A stretch of DNA of 64,000 bases from Eledone cirrhosa (taxonomy: Eukaryota): positions 16,368,001 through 16,432,000 of the forward strand of contig OZ024753.1 in NCBI GenBank assembly GCA_964016885.1. The letters run 5' to 3'. The translations under genes were made by a program, and so were the position numbers. Position 1 is the stretch's first letter; each line of letters opens with the position of its first letter. The notes beneath the pieces are model-generated. The model made no database searches, had not been told where the DNA came from, and saw only the letters and a program-made list of their open reading frames with translations. Of this stretch, positions 54,061 to 64,000 are shown one piece after another.

Positions 54061-54475
54061 ACATATATATATATATCTTCATATACACCTCTGAAATGAA
54101 TCACACTGTGTTAGTGCCGCTGTTAGTTAATCCTAGCTGTGACATGATCTCAGCTTAAAACATTCATAGTGAGACCCATGTATGTTTATTATACATATAT
54201 ACATATACCATATATATCGTGAAAGAGTGAAGAATAACATGGTTAACAGTACAAAAAGGGTATTTTTGTACTGTTGACCATGTTATTCTTCACTCTTTCA
54301 CTATTATTACTCCAAGTATAACCTGCATAGGAATTCCGGGAACTCACCACTCTTGTTGAGTCAAACAAAGCCCTACGTTAAAACTATCCACAATACAGAG
54401 TACTCACAACCTATAACTGGATTACCTATAACGATAACTTGTTATCCCATATATATATATCTATATATCTATATC

Positions 54476-54511
<36 letters not shown>

Positions 54512-54723
54512 AGAAGTTTATGAAACGGAAATGCGGGTATAAAGAATTTAAATTCTTTATACCCGCATTTCCGTTTCATAAACTTCTTCTCCATATTTTC
54601 TCCGGATTTTAAAACACACTTTATTATACGTTGAGCAATCTCCGACGTCGGTTGACTCCATCCAATGCAACTACTTAGTAACATTGGAATACAAATTTAC
54701 TAATAATATATATATATATATAT

Positions 54724-55365
54724 AGGAATAAGAGGGATCAGATGTTGTTTACTCGAGAGAAGACTACGTTGGTATGGTCACGTGATGCGCATGAAAGACA
54801 GCTGTATAAAAAAGTGCAGGGCGATAAAAATAGATGGTAGCCACGGAGTAGGCAGACCCAGAAAAACCTGGGACGACTTGATAAATTCCGACCTCACACA
54901 CTTACACCTCTCCAAGACAATGTCACCAGACCGAGATCTTTGGCGCTACACAGTCATACAGAAGACCCACCTTGCCTAAGTACAAAGCGAAACCTACAGT
55001 CAGTAGGCACCTCTAATCAAAATAACCCCCCCCACACACACACACACACACACCACCCCCTTAAATGTGAAGTTATGTTGGTACCACAACATCCAGTCCG
55101 AAACAAATGAGGTCGTGTAGGTGTCACGACAAAAAAAAACACAGTCCACGCTGTAATGTGGCCGTGTAGGTAACACGGTAAAAACCTCCCAGTCCACACT
55201 GTAAATGTGGTTGGTGTTAGGAAGGGCATCCAACCGTAGAAAACCCGCCAGACAGTCCTATACGAGCAGGACAACAAATCTTGCCTCATGTGGGAAACCT
55301 CCCGTCAAACCCATGCAAGCTGGAACATGGACGTTAAACGATGATGATGATGATGATGATGATGA
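54724..55365 (+). mobile_element. RTE LINE 3' end with (GAT)n
   Basis: Homologous to 35970-36626. Confidence 0.9.
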
Positions 55366-55413
55366 TATATATACACATATATATGTAATCTGAGTTTTTC
55401 GAATATTAATAAT

Positions 55414-55601
55414 TGTTTCTACTTTTGGCACAAGGCCAGCAATTATTCCAGTACATTACTGGTACTTTATTTTATCGACCCCGTAAGGATGAAAGGCAAA
55501 GTTAACCTCGGCGGGATTTGAACTCAGATCATAAAGGGCCGTAACTCTATGCTTCAAAGCATGGCGTCCGACCCTCTACCGATACTGCCAATCCACCGCC
55601 C
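55414..55601 (-). mobile_element. tRNA-derived SINE family 1 with TSD
   Basis: Flanked by gaatattaataat duplication. An uninterrupted homolog of the host sequence is at 39652-39730. Confidence 0.88.
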
Positions 55602-55699
55602 TTTTGAATATTAATAATAACATTCGATTCGTTTGGAATTTTGTAAACAAGCCCCAATTTTATAGCCCTGTTTTCTTTTTTATCTATCTATCTATCTAT

Positions 55700-55915
55700 A
55701 GATGAAGAAGTGCCAGGAAATGCCAGTTGAAGGAAGACATGGTAGAGGTAGACCACGAAAAACATGGGCGGAGGTGGTGAGAACAGACCTCAGATCACTG
55801 AAGCTCACGGTGGAGATGACGAAGGACCATGACAAGTGGAGAGATGCTGAATAAGACCCGTCCCACCCTTGCAAGCAGGGAAGAGCGCACGTAAAATGAT
55901 GATGATGATGATGAT
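55700..55915 (+). mobile_element. RTE 3' fragment (different family) with (GAT)n
   Basis: MKKCQEMPVEGRHGRGRPRKTW-like end followed by a tail. Confidence 0.7.
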
Positions 55916-55956
55916 ATATATATATATATTAATATATATATATATATATATATATA

Positions 55957-55992
<36 letters not shown>

Positions 55993-56363
55993 TATATATA
56001 TATATATGAGATATAAAAAGAATTTGCCACCAGATCTACCAACCTAACACTCTTGTTTACCTACCTAAGTGCCTCTACCACACATATCTCTCTGCCACAC
56101 TATATAAACAAGACGCACATGCGTGCCACACATATAACATTTGCACAATATAACCACTTATCTCCATGTTGTATTTTAACCTGTATTTTGATTTTTGATT
56201 GTACCTCTTAATATAAATGTAATCTCGAAGTGGTGTACTGCCACTCTAAATTCTGTAATGAATGTTGACCCACAATGTTTGAATATGTATCAATGTTTGA
56301 ATACGTATCGGTATGTCTCTCGGCTGAAAAGGAGGTCATATAACTGTCCATGCATTAATAAAT

Positions 56364-56410
56364 TGCTCCGAAGAATCCAAACCTCGGTTTGGAGGAAACA
56401 GCTGTAAGCA
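56364..56410 (+). ncRNA. Hammerhead motif with a U4C core change
   Basis: tgct CCGAAGA a-tccaaacc-tc-ggtttgga-g GAAA cagctg TA agca: palindromic stem III, GUA site. Confidence 0.6.
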
Positions 56411-56629
56411 CAATAATGTTTTGAACAGTTCTTTGATTTTTATATTTCATATAACTGCTCTGTAAATCATCTGATGTTTTTTACATTGAGCTACTTAACT
56501 TACTGGTAATAAGGTAGTAATACATTACTGCCTACCACTATTTAGGGTGTGTGTAAAATACTTATAACTGCATAAGGTTTTGTATTTACATAACCATAAA
56601 TAGTATAACTAATACTATATATATATATA

Positions 56630-56675
<46 letters not shown>

Positions 56676-57244
56676 CCTAATCAAATCATCAGAATAACTA
56701 ATCCTAATCAATGAAACAACTGTTGGTACTGTAAATAAAACCCTTTTTGTACTGTTGACTATGTTATTCTTCACTCTTTCACTATTATTACTCCAAGTAT
56801 AACCTGCATAGGAATTCCCGGGAACTCGCCACCTAACTAAGGAAACCTCGTGTTGAGTCAAACAAAGCCCTACGTTAAAACTATCCACGACGCAGAGTAC
56901 TCACATACTCTAACTGGATAACCTATAACGATAACCTGTTATCCCATATATCATATATATCCTTATATGCACCTCTGTTATCAACACCAGGCCAATTCCC
57001 ATATAGTATAGTAAAAGTTATTCATGACTGGTAAATAAATAAATAAATAAGTAAAAAAATAAATAAACAAATAAAGATTATAATAAATAAAAAAATTAAT
57101 TAATAATAAACAAAATAAAAGAATGAAATCAGTGAAAAAAGTGAGTTGTCCAATGAATTGTTATGAAAATGATTCAGAAATTGTTTAATGTGTAATAATG
57201 GAAAGATATTTAGAGTTAGGGGTTAGGGGTCATATAATGTGACC

Positions 57245-58187
57245 TCTCTCTCTCTACCTCTCTATCTCTCCTACCTCTCTCTCATATTTCTCCTACCTAC
57301 CTCTCTCATACCTTACGTACCTACCTCTCTACCTCTCCTACAAACCTCTCTCTTATATATCTCCATACCTCTCTACTACCCCTGCCTCTCTACCTACTAC
57401 CCCTACCACCCCTACCTCTCTACCTACTACCCCTCCCACCCCTCCTACCACCCCTACCTCTCTACCTACTACCCCTCCCACCCCTCCTACCACCCCTACC
57501 TCTCTACCTATCTCTCCCAACTCTAACAAACTAACTATAGAGAGGGAGAGAGGGGAATGAGCTATTAATAAGGACGAGAGAGAGGGAGAGTGTGTGAGAG
57601 AGAGAGGGAGTGTGTAAGAGAGGGGGAGTGTGTGTGAGAGTGTGAGAGAGGGGGGAGTGTGTGAGAGAGAGGGGGAGTGTGTGTGAGAGAGAGGGAGTGT
57701 GTGAGAGAGGGAGGGAGTGTGTGAGAGAGAGAGAGAGAGTGTGAGAGAGGGAGGGAGTGTGTGAGAGAGGGGAGTGTGTGTGAGAGAGAGGGAGTGTGTG
57801 AGAGAGAGGGGGAGTGTGTGAGAGAGAGGGGGAGTGTGTGAAAGAGAGAGGCAGTATGTGAGAGAGGGAAGTGTGTGAAAGAGAGGGGGGGTATGTGAGA
57901 GAGAGGGGGAGTATGTATGAGTGAGAGGGAGGGAGGCAGTGTGTGTGAGAAAGAGAGCGTGGGTGTGTGAGAAAGGGAGAGAGGGAGTATGTGAGAGAGA
58001 GGGGGAGTATGTATGAGTGAGAGGGAGGGAGGCAGTGTGTGTGAGAGAGATGGGTGGGGGTTGGGGAAGAGAAGTGGAGAAGGGATAAGATTCAGTGAGG
58101 GGGAGGGAAAGAAGAGGTAGGAGAGGCGGTGTGAAGTAAGAAGGGGAAATGGAGGAGGAGATGGGGGGGAAGAAGGGGAGGTGTGAT

Positions 58188-58220
<33 letters not shown>
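57245..58220. repeat. CT-rich then GA/GT-rich low-complexity tract ending in poly-G
   Basis: Direct reading. Confidence 0.85.
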
Positions 58221-58342
58221 AGAAGGAAAGAAAAAGAACAAAAACAGAAAATGAGAAAGCTATGTTTAGACAATAAAAGTTTGTACCTATTGGTATTTTG
58301 GTATAGGACATATGTAATGTATATATAACATGTACAGCAGTG

Positions 58343-59032
58343 TATATATATATATCATATATATATATATATATATATCATATACATATATATACACATA
58401 CATATATATATATCATATACATATATATATATACATATATATACATATATATATATATGCATATATATCATATACATATATATACATATATACATATATA
58501 CATACATATATATAATACATATATATATATACATATATATATATACATATATATACATATATGTATATGCATATATATCATATACATATATATACATATA
58601 TATATACATATATATACATATATATATATATACATATATATACATATATATATATATATGCATATATATATCATATACATATATATACGATATATATATA
58701 TATACATATATACATATATATATATACATATATATACATATATATATATACATATATATACATATATATATATATACATATATATACATATATATATATA
58801 TATATATGCATATAAATCATATACATATATATACATATATATATATAGTACATATATATATATACATATATATATACATATATATACATATATATATATA
58901 CATATATATATATACATATATATATACATATATATGTATACATATATATATATATACATATATATATACATATATATATATATATATTTATATACATATA
59001 CATATATACATATATATATATATATATTTATA

Positions 59033-59063
<31 letters not shown>

Positions 59064-59090
59064 ACACATATATATATATACATATATATA
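58343..59090. repeat. ~750-bp (TA)n/(TACATA)n microsatellite
   Basis: Direct reading. Other long TA tracts at 27070-27350, 32015-32065, 32950-33080, 59993-60180 and 62240-62362. Confidence 0.95.
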
Positions 59091-59377
59091 TTAGAAATTA
59101 TAAGCTTTCACCGTATTTTAGACTAAAGAAATTTCTAGCCTGATAGTGGGGTTTATAACCCTCGGAGAAAGGGAAAAAGGTGAGTGTTGCCGTACAGCAA
59201 CACTCACCTTTTTCCCTTTCTCCGAGGGTTATAAACCCCACTATCAGGCTAGAAATTTCTTTAGTCTAAAATACGGTGAAAGCTTATAATTTCTAATTTC
59301 TAATTTCAACCTCGCGCACCGTTTCAAAAACATACTTACATGTTTACATTTATAATTTGCTTGTTTAACATATATAT

Positions 59378-59991
59378 ATCATCATCATCATCATCAACGT
59401 TTAACGTCCGTGTTCCACGCTTGCATGTGTTTGGACGGGGGTTTTCCCACTTGAGGCAAGTGTGGTTGTCTTGCTCGCATAGGACTGTCTGGCAGGCTTT
59501 CTACAGTTGGATGCCCTTCCTAACACCAACCACATTTACAGTGTGGGTCTGGGAGGTTTTTACCGTGTTGCCTACACGGCCACATTACAGCATGGACTGT
59601 GTGTTTTTTTGTCGTGACACCTACACGATCTCATTTGTTTCGGCCTGGATGGTGTGGCACCAACATAACTTCACATTTAAGGGGGTAGTGGGACGGGTGT
59701 GTGTGTATGTGTGGGGTATTTTGATTAGAGGTGCCTACTGACTGTAGGTTTCGCTTTGTACTTAGGCAAGGTGGGTCTTCTGTATGACTGTGTAGAAGGG
59801 GGCGGTGTGGATGGGGTGGGGGTGGTGGGACGGGGGTGTATTTTGTTAGAGATGCCTACTGACTGTAGTAGGTTTTACTTTGTATTTAGGTAAGGCGGGT
59901 CTTCTCTATTACTGAGTACCGCCAAAGGTCTCGGTCCAGTGACATTGTCTTGGTGAGGTGTAAGTGTGCGAGGTCGGAGTTTATCAGCTCG
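59378..59991 (-). mobile_element. Composite RTE 3' ends
   Basis: Two RTE 3' segments joined at ~59795. (ATC)n tail at 59378-59395. Confidence 0.85.
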
Positions 59992-60094
<103 letters not shown>

Positions 60095-60146
60095 CATATA
60101 TAAAGATAAATACATACATACATATATATATATGTATATGTATATG

Positions 60147-60179
<33 letters not shown>

Positions 60180-60333
60180 GTAGGAGGTGAGTTTTATTGT
60201 AGTACAATAAAGCAATGCAGATATCGGATAAGAAGCACTCTACAGTTTGTAGGACTGGAGTATATATAATATATATGTTGATTTAAAACTGCACTATCCA
60301 CAAGTGTTTTTTAACCTTCATATCATGTCTTCC

Positions 60334-60404
60334 TGTTTTATCTGATGAAAACACAAATATTATTGCATGATGATATTTGTTTTTGAAATGCGCATAATAA
60401 AATA
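60334..60404 (+). ncRNA. Type I hammerhead ribozyme motif
   Basis: tgttttat CTGATGA aaacacaaatat..atatttgttttt GAAA tgcgca TA ataaaata: intact core, palindromic stem III. Confidence 0.78.
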
Positions 60405-60529
60405 CATGGAACTCTTTTAACCATCTTTTGATCTTATATATTATATATATATATACATATATATACATATACACAAACACACACATATATACATATCATC
60501 CTCATCATCATCATCGTTTAAAGGCTATC

Positions 60530-60592
<63 letters not shown>

Positions 60593-60842
60593 GAAGTAAT
60601 TCCATCGGAAAAGTCCAGGAAAAAAGAGTGCTCTATGTAAGCAACAGAGCTTAATTATTATTATTATGTAATAAACAACATAAGGCAATTATTCCATTTA
60701 CCAGTGGTTTCTTAAAAGCAAAAGGTTTTGCTTTCAATCCTCAGAATGAAAAATCCTGGTTTGTTTATTGAATATGGATTCTAAAAACAAAAATCTAAGA
60801 TTTTTGTTTTTAGAATCCATATTCAATAAACAAACCAGGATT

Positions 60843-60902
60843 TTTCATTCTGAGGATTGAAAGCAAAACCTTTTGCTTTTAAGAAACCACTGGTAAATGG
60901 AA
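60843..60902 (+). ncRNA. Type I hammerhead ribozyme motif (perfect mirror copy on - strand at 60692-60751)
   Basis: tttcatt CTGAGGA ttgaaagcaaaa-cc-ttttgcttttaa GAAA ccactgg TA aatggaa: intact core, 11-bp stem II, GUA site. Confidence 0.78.
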
Positions 60903-62073
60903 TAATTGCCTTATGTTGTTTATTACATAATAATAATATATATATATATATATATATATGAAAAAATACCGTTTTTAAAAAAAAACATAAGAACTGTCAA
61001 GAGGCAGAGGAAGAAGTTAAAACAGCTCAAGATACGGTAATTTATTATAATAACCTAAAGTACCAGTAATGCACTGGGTAATTGCTGGTCTTGTGCCTAA
61101 AGTAGAAACAATTATAATAACCAGTACAAAAGGCTGTCTTTCATACTTCCTTGAAAAGGTTTCCAAACAAGCAAGTGTACAAAATCCTATTGTGTTAAAA
61201 TCTCTCTCTCTATATCATCATCATCATCATCATCATTGTTTAACATCCATCTTCCACGCTTGCATGGGTTTGGACGGGAGTTTTCCCACTTGAGGCAAGA
61301 TTTGTTGTCCTGCTCGTATAGGACTGTCTGTATATATATATATATATATATATATAATGAAGAAGGTGTGGTAAGGAACCAGATGGACCATAACGCACCA
61401 GAGTACTCAATACTTAGGGTAGTAGAGTGGGTAATAGGAAAATGTTTAACCCCGACAGCAGAGCTCAAGCTGTTTCGACGGCTATTTCTAGACTAAATTA
61501 GAATTTTTAGTGTGGTTTTTACCACGCTAAAAATTCTAATTTAGTTCAGAAATAGCCGTTGAAACGGCTTGAGCTCTGCCGTCGGGGTTAAACATTTTCC
61601 TATATACACATTTAATATAGAAATGGCTTCTACAGGACTAGAACTGTTTCATTCAGAGAAAAGCCTGATGATTTCCTCCAAATGAAACAGTTCCAGTCCT
61701 GTAGAAGCCATTTCTATATTAAACATTTATACTCTGCTATATATTGAGTACCTTACTTACTGTGGTTACCCCCAATTGAAACCGGGACACCCACATACAT
61801 ACACATATATATATATATCTTGCAAGCAGAGAAAAGTGGATTTAAAATGATGATGATGATGATGATGATGATATATGGCTGACTCGTGCGATTTTTTTCT
61901 CCACTTTCCTTCTACTCACTCTTCTCTTTCTATTATCTTCTATTTCTAACTCTATCTTCTAATGAAGGACTAGTGTCTGAAACGTTAAGACTCTGTTCCT
62001 GCTATTTCAAGCATTAAACTAAAATATTTCTTCAATGTACTGTGTTGTTTGTGTGCTTTGTTATTTTACCTTT

Positions 62074-62109
<36 letters not shown>

Positions 62110-62278
62110 CAGATATATAGAGATATATATATAGAGAGAGAAGGTGAGAAAGAGAGAGAGATCTGGCCCCTCTAGGTTTTATGAAGTATAGAAACTACAG
62201 TTCTGGGCAAGGATTTTTTTATGGAACACCAAGTCACCCATACATACATATGTATATATATATGTATGTATATATATG

Positions 62279-62362
<84 letters not shown>

Positions 62363-62365
<3 letters not shown>

Positions 62366-62832
62366 ATAAATTCCGACCTCACACACTTACACCTCTCCAA
62401 GACAATGTCACTGGACCGAGATCTTTGGCACTACGCAGTAATACAGAAGACCCGCCTTGCCTAAGTATAAAGCGAAACCTACAGTCAGTAAGCACCTCTT
62501 AACCAAAATACATCCCCATCCCACTACCCGTACCCCCACGCCATCTACCCCACCCTTTCGATGTAGAGTTATGTTGGTACCACAACATCCAGTCCTAAAC
62601 AAATGAGGTCGTGTAGGTGTCACGACAAAAAAACACAGTCCACGCTGTAATGTGGCCGCGTAGGTAACACGGTAAAAACCTCCCAGTTCCACACTGTAAA
62701 TGTGGTTGGTGTTAGGAAGGGCATCCAGCCGTAGAAAACCCACCAGACAGTCCTTAGCAAGACAACCAATCTTGCCTCAAATGGGACAATTCCCGTCCAG
62801 ACCCATGCTAGCGTGGAAGATGGACGTTAAAC

Positions 62833-62865
<33 letters not shown>

Positions 62866-63070
62866 CGCAGGGTGATCAAAATTGATGGTAGTTACGGAGT
62901 AGGTAGACTCAGAAAAACTTGGGATGATTTGATAAATTCCGACCTTACGCACTTACACCTCTCTAAGACAACGGCACTGGACCGAGATCTTTGGCGCTAC
63001 GCAGTAATACAGAAGACCCGCCTTGCCTATGTACAAAGTGAAACCTACAGTCAGTAGGCACCTCTTAACC
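62363..63070 (+). mobile_element. Two tandem RTE 3' fragments
   Basis: 62363-62865 carries a (GAT)n tail. A second copy starts directly after the tail (62867-63070). Confidence 0.85.
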
Positions 63071-63147
63071 ATATATATATATATGGTTGAAGTATGCAAA
63101 AACACAAATTGTTATTAGTTACATGCTTGGAAAGAAGTAAATGAGGG

Positions 63148-63183
63148 TTTTGACGTATCAGGTATAAGTCCTTCTTCAGAAAA
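63148..63183 (-). ncRNA. Degenerate minimal hammerhead motif
   Basis: tttt CTGAAGA agg-acttata-cct GATA CG TC aaaa, with one core substitution. A related decayed copy is at 61955-61990(+). Confidence 0.5.
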
Positions 63184-63710
63184 TGGAGAAGAGAGAGAGG
63201 AAGAGGGAGAGAGGGATAGAAAAGTTTGGAACAACAGAGTTTGGAAAAATAAAAAAAAAGGTGAAGGGACATCTTTTGAATATATATTTATTATATTATG
63301 CATTATTATGCATTATTATTCATAACTTCCATATATATTGAAATATAAGCCGAGGAATATGTGAACCCCAAAACATCGATGGTAAAATGGAGTGCAGGAG
63401 GAGGTCACCTTATATATACTATCTAAACAATGTGTTCATTAGCTGCCACGGTTTATAAATGAGGTTTGGGTTTTTGCCCCCATTTCTTAGACATAAAATG
63501 GTGTTGGGTTATATTTGAGTATTTATGGACCCGATAGATTACTGTTTCTACAGATATATTAAAACATGTGTGGCTTAAAATACTCTGTCACCAAAAGGAA
63601 TACAGTTTCAATTTATACCACCCATCCGACAATCTTATAAACAAAATAGAGGTAAACACTGAATAAAAATAGATATTTCTGTATTCCAGTCATGAGATTC
63701 AGTTTCTTAA

Positions 63711-63921
63711 CCCTTTAATGGCCAAAACTGGCCAGAATTCTCTACCTTTTTCTGTTGAAACTGGCTGTAACTGGTCACTCAAACTGATGTTAAGGTATTG
63801 TTCTCAAAATAAATTCTTTCAAAATCTCATAGATTCGATATTATGTGAGATAATTATGTGAGATAAAGCATTTATCATGAAAATATAATAGTATATGTAG
63901 AGTAATGTGAATGATAAAGGG
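63711..63921 (+). mobile_element. piggyBac-like MITE
   Basis: TTAA|cccttta ... taaaggg|TTAA. Same family as 53153, in the opposite orientation. Confidence 0.85.
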
Positions 63922-64000
63922 TTAAGGTTGGTCTTCACAACTTCATCCTATGTTTTCCTAAGTCTACCTCTTCCACAAGATCCATTTACATCTGGTCTTT

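Noticed and set aside
57209-57230. Telomeric repeat (also ggttagggttagg at ~7232)
   Set aside because: Only 2-3 imperfect units. The 7232 instance lies inside a MITE.

Overview
This is AT-rich, repeat-dense eukaryotic DNA. The SINE/RTE repertoire looks cephalopod (octopus-like); that assignment is an inference. The only host gene I can support is on the minus strand: five phase-compatible GT-AG exons (52059-52189, 31858-31994, 28500-28576, 26430-26572, 12252-12281) encoding the C-terminal half of an LRRC23-like leucine-rich-repeat protein. I found no upstream exons in the window. Its introns hold large tandem arrays (a 13.4 kb 38-mer, a 5 kb 45-mer and others), RTE and CR1 LINE pieces, two tRNA-SINE families and DNA-transposon MITEs. 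A Helitron, a Merlin-like MITE and a Tx1 fragment lie downstream. The most unusual signal is about a dozen type-I minimal hammerhead ribozyme (HHR) motifs, some intact and some decayed, from several sequence-unrelated non-coding families. Many sit in long fold-back palindromes next to (TA)n microsatellites, an arrangement consistent with Penelope-like or retrozyme-like non-autonomous elements. Most long ORFs in the ORF track are repeat artefacts.
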